Positions 52,291 to 64,000 of a stretch of DNA of 64,000 nucleotides are shown piece after piece. Numbering within the stretch: position 1 is the stretch's first letter; the number at the start of each line of letters is the position of its first letter. The translations under genes were made by a program, and so were the position numbers. The notes below the pieces were generated by a model. The model did no database searches. It was not told the origin of the DNA and saw only the letters and a program-made list of their open reading frames with translations. Source of the stretch: Octopus sinensis (Eukaryota). The DNA lies in contig NC_043002.1 in assembly GCF_006345805.1 (NCBI RefSeq), positions 99,820,001 to 99,884,000 on the forward strand, read 5' to 3'.

Positions 52291-53185
52291 GTAAGTCTTT
52301 GTTCTATTTCTTTCAATTTAATATTGTTTTTGTTCTTATATAGTGTTATAATTTTTGTATTTGTTTGTTTCACAAGAAATGGTCATTATGTTCCTCCGTA
52401 TCCAGATATAGATTTAAATATTTAATGGAAGCCAAATTATCATGAATTACCTGGGGATTCTTTCATATTCTTCTTACCCAGATAATACTATAATCTGAAA
52501 GTTATAAGACAAAATACTGCGTATATAATCTAAAGGAAAGTTTTATCATTTAGTTTAGATTTAGGGGAGGATTCCATTATATTTTGCAAGGTCTCTGAAG
52601 CAAATAAAGATGAGATGGAGGCAGGGAAATAACCTCAAACCTGAAACATGTCCCCAAAAGCATGTAGCAGAAGAATCTCCGCTAAGGGCGTGCAAGAACC
52701 TTGTATTGGTGCTAAACCGGTAATTACTCACAGCATCGTATTCAACACTTGTAACAATTCATTCACATAACCATCAATAATTGTTAATTTATTTCAGTGT
52801 AGGAAGACTAAAAGTCGAATCGGACTTCAAACTCAGAAAGTAAGCATCTAGAATGAATATTGCAAGGAATTTTAACCATGTTCCAAAGACACTTCCATTT
52901 TGTAAATGTTTCAGTGAATATTCAATTTCTTTATAAATCATTTGTATGTACTTTAGTAGTCTACCAACTTTAACAGACATTAACAATTAGTTAAGTATTA
53001 AAACGGAAAAACCAATGGCATTTTAAATATTTAGATAAACGACATCGATACGTGAGGAAGTGTATAGGTTTCTTTAAAAAAAATAGAATTATATAAAAAT
53101 AAAATGCACTAGTTATTTGAATGAAATTACTTATATTTCCGAAAGAGAAGTGTGTGGGAATGTATGTAGGCGTGTATATATATAT

Positions 53186-53227
<42 letters not shown>

Positions 53228-53389
53228 AGTGGAAAAATTGGTGACTTTTTCTCTTATTAGGTTTTTCACGCTAACTACTTGATAAATTCTTATAAAGATT
53301 TTATCCTATTTTTGAATTGTATATATATATATATATTTTTTCTCCCTTTCGCTATCTACTTTCCTTTCTCTACAGTAAACATAATCGAA

Positions 53390-53860
53390 CACACAGGCAC
53401 AGACCTCTCACCTCACAGCTGTCAGTTTTCTGACATCTACCCATCCACAAACACAATCACGCATTCAGACACACACATTAAGACAGTTATATACAGTCAC
53501 ACACACAGGCACTCATTCATAAAAGAAATCATTTAAACCCACCATTCGTTTGACCTGCACTCTCCCACCTTACTATTCTTATGCCTCCCTCCTCCTACTT
53601 CGTTTGAACCCTTGAACTTTAGAACCTTCTAGATTCTTCTACATTCAGCCACTCTGACGTCACTCCTTATAAAGAGACACTCATTATCGCCATGGGCTCC
53701 TTGAGAGCGGTCAGCTAAAAGTTTTTTGTGCATTTTGATGTCGACATAAGTTCCTTGATTTTCCTGATGAGAAATCTGCATAATGTACTCCTTATCCCTT
53801 TGGAATTAGGAATATGCAGCCTTCGAAACATATGTTGAGAATAAAGGATATTTGTTAACT
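53390..53860 (+). mobile_element. PLE pseudo-LTR remnant
   Basis: GTDLSPH..QFS-like reading resembling a GIY-YIG C-terminus, then a C/T-rich tract, then a hammerhead motif. Confidence 0.55.
53758..53842 (+). ncRNA. Type I hammerhead ribozyme with canonical core
   Basis: Stem I ATTTTC/GAGAAT (6 bp, one GU); CTGATGA 53764-53770; stem II GAA..CTGCATA/TATGCAG..TTC; GAAA 53825-53828; palindromic stem III ACATATGT; cleavage triplet GTT 53834-53836. Confidence 0.75.
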
Positions 53861-54058
53861 AGTCGTTCAACTCCATTCTTTCATATACTTATAATTTTAA
53901 AATAAACATACAAATTTCCGCACGAAGACACGTAGTCTATGCCCTAGGGACGTAGCTTCAAGCGTGTTCTTTCTGATGTGAATTTACTACCCAGGTATCG
54001 GTTATCTTTCGAATTATCCTTAATAAGATAATTCATTCAACTACTCAAATACATATAT

Positions 54059-54089
<31 letters not shown>

Positions 54090-54090
<1 letters not shown>

Positions 54091-54320
54091 GTTGAAATTT
54101 ACAGAAAAACAAAAGACGAGGTAAGGTGTATTGTTCTCAGAAGAATGCAGTTTGAAATCTGATATGTCCCTCAAAAATGTAACACGGGAACGAGTTTACA
54201 GAAAACAAAAAATAGATACTCGGGGAGAATGGAAAAGTCTTTGACGTTTTCAGCCTAGGCCCTTCGACAGAAAGTATTGAGAGGAAAATGATGGAGAGAG
54301 AACGAAAAGAAACACGGAGT
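54090..54320 (-). mobile_element. Solo HHR-bearing pseudo-LTR module (A6U core), abutting (TA)n
   Basis: rc of 54274-54239: CTTT-CTGTCGAA-GGGCCTAGGCT-GAAAAC-GTC-AAAG. Flanks are homologous to 43560-43715 and 59849-59992. Confidence 0.7.
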
Positions 54321-54344
54321 GACAAAACATTTTGAGGGATTAAC

Positions 54345-54978
54345 GGTTCAACATGAGAAAATTTATGTCAGGTTTTTCCATAATGTAATCAGTTTGGTGC
54401 GCTTTTGATCAGGTGTCACAAAATGTAGAACGCACCAAGCGGAAACCTTTATCATGTCACATTCATTGTGCAGAATATTGTCAAATCTCTCACGGGATAT
54501 GCTAATAGCATTGAGTATTTGGTTTACAGTCAATTACCTTTCGTCCATCACCATGTGGTGAATACGATATTTTCCTCGGTGGTGGCATTGTAGGATGTCC
54601 AGACCACAGGTCATCTTCAAGACTCCCATTCTTCTCCTAAATTCAGCTGCTCAATTTTACACTGCTGATAAAGCTGAGTCATTATTTCCTTATGTAGCAA
54701 TCGCCTCAGCATGAATGTCCTCGAGGGTTAAACCTTTTTTCTGAAGTTACAACACGATGCCAAATTTTGTCCATCTGCATGTGGGTACTCTACAAATTAA
54801 ATCTGAAGTCTTTAGATAACAGTCGGATGTAATTTTTATCTTGAAAAAACAATTCAGTTATCGATGAGTTGTATTTGATGAAAGATTTCACAGCTCTAAC
54901 ATCACTCCCTCTTAGTCAGCCTATTAAAGTTTCAGCCCATCTTTCTATATATCTAGACTACTTTGAAAAATCCTACGT
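54345..54978 (-). mobile_element. Degenerate mariner 5' half
   Basis: MDKIWHR...GLTLEDIHAE...SLEDDLWSGHP...KVSAW.V...TPDQKRT, with stops. TIR-like end near 54978. Confidence 0.75.
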
Positions 54979-55135
54979 GGAAATATTCAGTCAAAAGTAA
55001 GTTTTGATAATTTTGTGTGGAACAAGAAAAAGTTGGTCTATTATGGTGTATTTCCACTTCAGTTTATTGTCTTATAAATGGACATATGAGAATAAAATTA
55101 GCACTCAGCTTTAGATAAGTATGTAATATAAAATA

Positions 55136-55445
55136 TCACGTGATCACGTGACCGACCAGGCTATCAAATGTTGCTACACACCGCTGGTCACAATGCGCTT
55201 CGCATTGTTTTCGCCTTCAAATGACGCCACCCCGTTGGCTAAGCGAGCAGGCCAACAGAAGAAAGAGTGAGAGAAAGTTGCGACGAAAGAGTACGGCAGG
55301 GATCACCACCACCCCCTGTCGGAGCCTCGTGGAGCTTTAGGTGTTTTCGCTCGATAAACACTCACAACGCCCGGTCTGGGAATCGAAACCGCGATCCTAC
55401 GACCGCGAGTCCGCTGCCCTAACTACTGGGCCATTGCATCTCCAC
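55136..55445 (-). mobile_element. Full-length SINE family B head with tail type 3
   Basis: Same head and body as 23217-23595, but the tail ends ...GCCTGGTCGGTCACGTGATCACGTGA. 11-bp TSD AATAT(A/G)AAATA at 55125-55135 and 55446-55456. Confidence 0.9.
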
Positions 55446-56779
55446 AATATGAAATATATAATGCATTAAATACATTGAATTTATGATCAACCCCCAGTTT
55501 TACTGATACCTAAGTTATCAGCGATGTCTTAGGTATCTCATTACCAATGCTACCAAATTCCTTCTACTTAATTAGTCAGATTGTAAGCCTACGTTGGATT
55601 ATATTACTCTAGTTGCCTCTTAAAAATATACGATACTTACGTCTGATTTTTCTTTTCAGACATAAGGTTACTCAAAGAGAGTTGTTCTGGGTCTAAATAG
55701 CAACAAGCTTTAAATAATAGTCTTAATGTCCTGCATAGTTTCCAGTATATATTTATGAAACTATCAAATTAGCTATTTGTTTCTAATCTACATCTGCTTA
55801 GTATATACGTGTGTATATGTATATATTTGTGTGTGTTCACTATGTATGTACGTATGTATATATATATATATAGTATGTGTGCGTGCATGCTCCAAAAGTA
55901 CACAAAAAAATTTTGCACATATTTCTTTAACAACGTTAGGTAAATGTTACAAACGATGCAAAGCTTTACGTGAAGTATGAAAATGAGACAAAGATGTTAG
56001 TTTAAATAAGTCATTAACTCTTTAATAGTGTTCGTTTTGATATTATTTTTACACACAGCAGAATCAACGTTATTATCTGCGTGAGCAAACTAATTAAAAG
56101 TTATTGAACGTAATGCTCAATAATACTGTCTAGCAATTTATTTTTTCGGCCTAGAATTAAGAGTTGTTGTTGCAGATGTGGTTGCAATGACAAACGAACT
56201 TATAGTACAGACGATCCCTTATTTTTCTATATATAGTCAAATTGTAAAGAAAAAAATAGCGGCTTAAGACTGGCCAATGGTTATAATTAATTAGTTTCTT
56301 CACGCAACGCTGGCTCGGATTTATGGGTTTGTTCTGTAGTATATAATAGCATGAAAACCATAATAGATACACGAATAAATATTTCCTAACGTCACCGAGC
56401 TAAATGAAATGAAGTCAAATATAAATATGCTTATCTTTCACAATAATCTATTGAATCTTCCATTAATTAGCAAGAAGGGGGAAGTCCATTTCTTAACTGA
56501 TGTAATAAAAGATGTACCGAGTTGGATTTCTTGTAGAAATAATTTATAATATAAACCAATGTCTAATGTATATGTCATCGTTTCTTGTTTAGCACTTTAT
56601 ATTCATTATATTCTCTCACGCAGAGCGATTTTATACGGTCAGTTGACTTGTTAGAAATAGCAGCATTTTCATACTCAAATTACAATCTGCCTCTCTAAAA
56701 AGTGAGTACGTATTGAATGCTGATTGTAAACTGTTCTTTTCTGATCATAAATTAGCCAAATTAGAAATAACATGACTGT

Positions 56780-57160
56780 GGGCGTTGCATATTAAAAATA
56801 TTGCTTCCTAACTACATAGTTCTGGATTCAGTCCCATTGCATTCCACCTTGGGCAAATGTACTTTACTATAGCCTCGGCCAGACCGAAGTCTTTTGAGTG
56901 GATTTGGTACACGGAAATGGGGAGAAGTCCGTTGTATATATACGTGTGTGTGTGTGTGTGTTTGTCCCACATCATTGCTTGACAACGGACATCGGTGTGT
57001 TTATATACCTGCAAATTAGCGGTTCAGCAGAAGGGTCCGATAGTATAAGTACAAGGCTTAAAAAGATAATTCCTGGGGTCGATTTGTTCGACAAAAAACC
57101 CTTCAAAGCGGTGCTACATCATGGCCACGGTTAAATGACTGAAACAAGTAAAAGAGTAAT
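56780..57160 (+). mobile_element. Old SINE family A
   Basis: Colinear diverged copy ending ...AATGACTGAAACAAGTAAAAGAG. Confidence 0.8.
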
Positions 57161-57799
57161 GAAAAAGAATGAGCAACAATGCCTTTAGTGATAAACATTA
57201 GAGCTTCATTGTGTGTTGATTATATCCATCAGCAAAACACTTCGATATAGTTTATAAAATGTATTATATCAATGTTCAAGACAAAAAAAACATTCTAATA
57301 TTCCTACCTTTGAGACAGGAAGCGTAATCGGAGAGATAATGCTATAAGAATCTATGAAAAGCGATAGATTTGTTGAAAACGAATTGTTGATTACACATGT
57401 CAGCCCATTTTTAGCAAAGATATCATCATATCATTACCAGCTTCAACAGTTCACTCTAGGCTTCAATCTTATTGCAATGAACAAAAAGAGATGCAAATTT
57501 AAATATATACACGTAACTCTATTATATGTTCGTGCGTGTGATTCTCGCGGCTCTATACTTCTTTAAATGCACGCGGCACCTTTACTAACTATCAAGTTAT
57601 GTCTTTATGCAACACAGAAGTATATATATTTGGTGCCATTTCCTCTTTCTTCATAATACTCTTTTTTATCTACTCCCTGCAACCCAACTTTCACATTGTC
57701 TAATATTATAACGTTTCCTTGCTGAAATTCAAGCATCACATACGGACTAAATCTCACCTTCCTTCGTCCTTTATTCCCTTGTTCTTTACTTTCATTTCA

Positions 57800-58020
57800 C
57801 ACCTTCCTCCCCACACTTCTGGGCATACGCAAATGACTCTCTTCGCGCTTTTCCTTTCCTATTTCTTTTGTGGTCACCTTCCCGTTGGTCTTCGTCCCTT
57901 CTTCATGCCGTTATTTAACGTAAGTATTTTACTATCACCTCATTTGCAAGTGACCCACCTACAGAAGATGTTCAGAAGTCCTCTCATGAAAATATTTGCA
58001 CATCATGCTTCATGCGAATT
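57800..58020 (-). mobile_element. Possible RTE LINE C-terminal fragment
   Basis: VGHLQMR followed by GRRPTGR.PQKK.E, resembling the WxGHVxR...GRRPxGRPxKRW end of RTE ORFs. Confidence 0.45.
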
Positions 58021-58886
58021 GATATAATAGGTTTGCTTATAAATTTTGTGTAACATTGCCTCATTATGGAAAACTGTTTGCATAATATATTATATCAAAC
58101 ATTCACCGACTTGTTGAACAGTTGTAAATATAAATTTACATCATCAAATATTTACATACATACACATATATATATATACATACATATACATATATATATA
58201 TGTATCAAATGAAATAAAAACAGAACACAAAGGATGTCGCAGTACACATGTTCCGAGCTTTATAAAACAACTTATTCTTACATCAATGTATAATCGACAT
58301 AACAGATAGTTTAAAGCCCTCTTCAGCTGCATGCAATTGCTACACCAAAGACTTGTATCACATTATGAGAGGTCTGAAAAAGAACATTTGGTATTATTTA
58401 TAATGGTAGGTAAATTGAGTATCACTGAGAAAGTATGTTTGTAAATCTTCATAATCAAATAGTTGTACAGTATATTATTGAACTCCCAAAAACCGTCCAT
58501 ACCGTTTTCTCACTCAATATAGAGTGAATACTGGGTAGATTCCGGTTGGGTTCATTCCTCTTGTAAAAGAAGGACATAATGGAAATTCTAATCGAAAAAT
58601 ACTGGAGATAACAATGTTGTAAATGACTATGAAGATATTACAGTGGAGAATTAAGGATTATGAACTTTAAACCTTATAATATTTGAAAGTTTTAGTTAAT
58701 TTATGCATACAAGATAGTTTAAATTCAGATCTTTTATTAATTAGTTTGTTTTTATCTTTGAATTTAATGATTTTTAGAAGTTCTACGCAACATAGCTGGT
58801 ACCCTGTTCTATTATTTTTTTTAAGACGCAGCTGATCCGATAATGGACCATCTAAGGCTAAATTCGATATTATTGTCTTTAAGTTC

Positions 58887-58929
<43 letters not shown>

Positions 58930-59144
58930 TCACATAAATACTTTTATGTATTATTGCCTGAGTCTTGCGTTTCTTCGAACTAAGTTTCGCACTGCAAGTC
59001 TACCCCCATTTAGAAGTTTGGGCTCAAGAATTCGAACAGTCCGAGCCTTTATTTGCTTCTTATCTATTCTATGCTGTACTGCCATCTAGTCAGTCGCTGC
59101 CCTCTTCTCTCTCTCTCTCTCTTTCTTTGTTTCTTTCTCTCTCC

Positions 59145-59184
<40 letters not shown>

Positions 59185-59187
59185 TAT

Positions 59188-59532
59188 AATCAAAATACGC
59201 AACAAGGATATCCAGAGGTAATGCTGTACGATCGTTTCATGCGACTCCATTTAATTGAACAATGCAATAATTTTCATGACATCAATTTAAAATGTAGAGG
59301 AATCTTCAGCTGTACAAAGACATAGAATTTAATTAAATTAGAAGGACATTTAATTTAATTTAATTAATTAGAAGGACATTTAATCTAATTAAATTATATG
59401 TCTTTGTGCAGCTAAAGATTGCTCTACATTTTAAATTGACGTAATGAAATGATTGCATTGTTCAGTTAAATGGAGTCGCATGAGACGATCGTACTGCATT
59501 ACCTCTGGATTTCCTTGTTGCTTATTTTGATT
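59188..59532. mobile_element. ~345-bp palindromic element (hairpin MITE)
   Basis: Arms of ~150 bp are reverse-complementary (AATCAAAATA.GCAACAAGGA.ATCCAGAGGTAATGC.GTACGATCGT.TCATGCGACTCCATTTAA). The spacer holds a direct duplication of AATTAGAAGGACATTTAAT. Confidence 0.88.
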
Positions 59533-59613
59533 TTAATCACTTTATTTTGAAATTGTATGGAAAATACTATACTAAATTCTGGCGCCTCAACTTAAGCACC
59601 ATATTAATCTGAA

Positions 59614-59664
<51 letters not shown>

Positions 59665-59730
59665 GTATATGTATATATATATGTATATATATATGTATAT
59701 ATATATATGTATATATATATATGTATATAT

Positions 59731-59841
<111 letters not shown>

Positions 59842-59848
59842 ATATATA

Positions 59849-59989
59849 GGGAGAGTTTACGGAAAAAAAAATGAAGACGAGTGGTGTACAAACAACAGAT
59901 GTATTAGTATAACACTCAGGAATAGAAAAAAGTGTTTTACGTTTCGAGCCTACGCTCTTCTACAGAAAGGGACACAGAAAACAAGGAGA

Positions 59990-59992
<3 letters not shown>
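59849..59992 (-). mobile_element. ~145-bp solo HHR module embedded in (TA)n
   Basis: rc of 59969-59934: CTTT-CTGTAGAA-GAGC-GTAG-GCTC-GAAA-C-GTA-AAAC, with a perfect 4-bp stem II. (TA)n on both sides. Confidence 0.8.
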
Positions 59993-60082
<90 letters not shown>

Positions 60083-60690
60083 CATACATTGGCTGATCCA
60101 ATTCACCGTGTCTCTGGAGATTCCCCGACGTCTAGCTAAATAATTAGACAGAAGAAAATTGAAGATTAAATAAAACAAGTCATTTCCACAGCTGTAGAAT
60201 AGCCGAAGCATGGTTTAATCATTGCAATGCTGATTGTAGTTTAGCGTAAGATAAGCGGAGTAATAGAGTACCAAGTTTAGCGTACAATATGCAGAATATC
60301 AGAACATTAGATTGCATCATAATACAGGAAAGATTTTAGACGTACATCATCAGAGATTGCATGGATGTGTCAAAAGGTGGAAATTCATTAATATTTCACT
60401 AGTTTAACTCCGTTTGACGAATCACATAGAAGACGAGTTAACTCCACACCAAGACAGAACTGGAGGAAGAGAAATAAAATACTATATTCTAGTTTAGAAT
60501 CGAGCACTTTTCTTGTGTCGTTAACGTCAAGCGTAAAATACATCAAGAAATATACAGTTATTCATACCATACATGAATAAGATATTTACTAAAATAAAGA
60601 AAGAAATAGATGAGTAGAAATGATACGTAAACGAGGTAAAAATAACCTACATGAAGAAAGAATCGAGAAAGGTCACAGGAGTGAAATACA

Positions 60691-60766
<76 letters not shown>

Positions 60767-62490
60767 TAGATAGATAGATAGATAGATATAGCAATAGAAA
60801 CTAATGGAAACATAAGAATGTATACGGATACATACTCTTCGATTCACACGCATTAACGCGCATTCATACTCATGTAACACATTCACATAGGTTTTAACAC
60901 TCAAGAAGTAAGACGAGGGAATTGTTATGACAAAGTGTAAGGTAATTTAGTGAAGCTTAAGTAATTTATTAATATTGAGAAATCATAGTTTTCTGTTGAT
61001 GTTGTGTATTGGGTGAGTTAGGGAGGGGACGTAGCATAAGAGCAAAGGACAGAAAGAAAAACAAGTGTAATAAAAGATGTAACAGTCCTTGAGATCGCTG
61101 AGTGTATAAAGCGTAAAACAGTAATCAACCAACCAGATGATGAATGTGTTTGAGAGTAACGTCTTACTCTGTGTGTGTGTGAGGTTAAGAAATTCTTGTA
61201 TATTTTCTGCCGTTCTAATAGGCGTATACACAAATATATTCATTGATAGATGATTGTAGGAAAATGTATTCTCAGACTAATTAATGTATTCGGTGCTTTA
61301 AGTAGTAGTTATTGGGGGTGGTATATAGCTCTGTAAATTTGTTTCAATCCTTCCTTTTCCTTTTTAGAGGAAAAATGGAAGGAAAAGTCAGTGGGGTTTA
61401 TGTAGGTATAATTTGGCAAAGAATAAACGCACAGATGAATATATGCGTGTGTGTATGTGTGTTTGCAGAATACATACACGACACTGTAAAACAAACTAGA
61501 TTTTTTTAAAAATCATGGTAGCAAACACAAACTCACCACGGGTGTTTCTACAAGGAGATCGGGAAATGCAATAGAAATTTAATCTGTATCTTATCGGGAT
61601 TTTGAGTTCAACATCTTAGCAACGACAAACCAAATCTATTTAGCCATCTGTGTCTCCATAAATGAACGTTGCAAACTCTCAGTAACTATAGCGTCGGATA
61701 CAATGCGTTGCGATATTTTTTTACCAATTCTCTATACTTTTCAAACGTTCCGCCGAGATCAATATTGCCATTTTTCTCTGGGCACGATATAAAATTGTAC
61801 GAAACCAGTGTGAATGGTGGATTAGTCAAATTATTAGCGACGGTGTGATAACTTTCGATGTTAACTCCGACAGGAGCGCCAAGATCTGTGCTTACGTTTC
61901 TCTTGCGTAACATCAATGGTGTGGAGTAGAGATATTGTAAGTCATGGACAATCGCTAGTCTTCCACAACAATACTTGTTCAAGTATATGCGTTAAAGAAC
62001 TTTGCCGTAGAGTAAATCTAGTGTCAGTCATGATCGACCAACATACGATGATGATAGAAAGACAAAGACCGAATGAATATGTTAGTAATTGAATATTTGC
62101 TTTATTTATAAACAGGTACCGATTCCAAAACACTGGTCGTTGAGTCGCTATAATATGAACAATTCCACAGTGCGAATACCAGCCAAAACGTTGGGAGATC
62201 ATCAAAAGCATGCATATCATACGATGTTCATAGAGTTAAATCATACCCTGCGATTAAATTGTACATGGACATAAAAGCACTTATTTGTCACAAGGCTACA
62301 AAAAATTTGTCACACTTCTAGGGTTTTAGCTTTTTCACTATTTCGAAAAAAGATAATTCAGAAAATATCATTGCCGACAATCAGCATACGAATATAAATT
62401 AACAATTCTCAGCCGCTTATGATTCATGATGTAGGTTTTTTTCAAATGAGGTAAAGTAAAACCCGGGCATCTCTCTGCGACACCAAAGCG

Positions 62491-62491
<1 letters not shown>

Positions 62492-62522
<31 letters not shown>

Positions 62523-62843
62523 ATGTGTGTGTATGTATATGTATATACGTATGTATATATGTATATGTATATATATATCTATATATATATGTATATGGGT
62601 ATATGTATATGTGTATATGCATATATATATCTATATATATATATGTATATGTGTATATGTATATAGTATATATATATGCATATATATGTATATAAATGTA
62701 TATATATATGCATATATGTATATTATATATGTATATATATATGTATATATATATAGTATATATATATATGTATTATATATATGTATATATATATGTATAT
62801 ATATATATGTATATATAATATATATGTATATATATATATATGG

Positions 62844-62890
<47 letters not shown>

Positions 62891-63725
62891 GTGTATATAT
62901 ATGTATAATATGTATATATATGTATATATTATATATATGTATATGTATATATATGTATATATATGAATATATATGTATATATATGTATATATTTATATAT
63001 ATGTATATATATGTATATATATGTATTTATATATATGTATATATATGTAGATATATGTATATATATATTTATATATATTTGTATATGTATATTTGTATAT
63101 GTATATGTATATTTGTATATGTATATATGTATATGTATATATGTATGTGTGTATATGTATATATGTATATGTATATATGTATGTGTGTATGTGCATATAT
63201 ATATATATGTTTATATGTATATGTGTATATGTATATGTGTATATGTATATGTGTATATGTATATGTATATGTGTATATGTATATGTGTATCTATATGTGT
63301 ATGTATATGTGTATATATATATGTGTGTATATATATGTATGTATGTATATGTATGTATATGTATATGTGTATATATATATATATGTGTGTGTATATATGT
63401 ATGTATGTATATGTATGTATATGTATGTATGTATATGTATGTATGCATATGTATATGTGTATATATATGTGTATGTATATGTATATGTATATATGTATAT
63501 ATATGTATATGTATATGTGTATATATATGTATATATGTATGTGTATATATATGTATATATGTATGTGTATATATGTATGTGTGTATATGTATGTATATGT
63601 ATGTATATATATATGTATGTATATATATGTAAGCATATGCATGTATGTATATATATATATATGTAAGCATATGCATGTATGTATATATATATATGTATGT
63701 ATGTATATATGTATGTATATTATAT
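62492..63725. repeat. ~1.2-kb compound TA/TATG/TATGTG array
   Basis: Directly visible; source of the spurious 387-aa ORF. Confidence 0.97.
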
Positions 63726-64000
63726 GCAATTGTTTTCTTTTAAACTGTGTATCTTTAAATCAGTATCTGCTTTCCTGTTCTAAAACCATGCTACCCTTAT
63801 ATAGGTGAACAGAATTCTGAGAATTATAATCGACAGCGAACCAAAGAATGCATTTTATCTACATTGGCAAATATGATTTCAAAATATTTAAATTTAAATA
63901 TAATTTAACTGCAAATTTCAGCTTCACGTTCTCATATTATGAAATGTTTCTGGTCATCACTATATTTTCTTTCAGAAAAGTCAGCGTTATATGTAATATA

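Noticed and set aside
60088-60102. ATTGG-CTGAT-CCAAT inverted CCAAT pair; also octamer ATGCAAAT near 44494
   Set aside because: Short motifs expected by chance, with no supported transcription start nearby.
62503-63808. 387-aa and 281-aa ORFs
   Set aside because: Microsatellite-derived.

Overview
This is AT-rich, microsatellite-saturated animal genomic DNA, almost all intronic or intergenic. The SINE families look like those of octopus (coleoid cephalopod); that assignment is an inference I cannot verify here. Only one host coding exon is convincing (+, 52092-52290; ATG at 52118, MADFRRSMGDVLG...). The rest is layered mobile DNA: (i) more than 20 copies of four tRNA-derived SINE families, which I label A-D and which swap heads and tails; (ii) Penelope-like element (PLE) remnants with RT, GIY-YIG and pseudo-LTR pieces, carrying several hammerhead-ribozyme (HHR) motifs; (iii) a 5'-truncated CR1/L2-group LINE whose 3' tail matches SINE family A; (iv) RTE fragments; (v) a full-length but disrupted DD34D mariner, other mariner and DD41D relics, and a mariner MITE; (vi) two non-autonomous Helitrons; (vii) several long palindromic or foldback elements sitting in (TA)n tracts. 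The most notable signals are a short, (TA)n-associated HHR module whose core reads CUGU-N-GA (A6U) in three separate copies, one apparently intact type I HHR (53758-53842), the SINE-LINE partner pair, and the palindromic elements. The long YIYV/MCVC-type ORFs in the supplied track are microsatellite artefacts. Coordinates of degenerate repeats are approximate.
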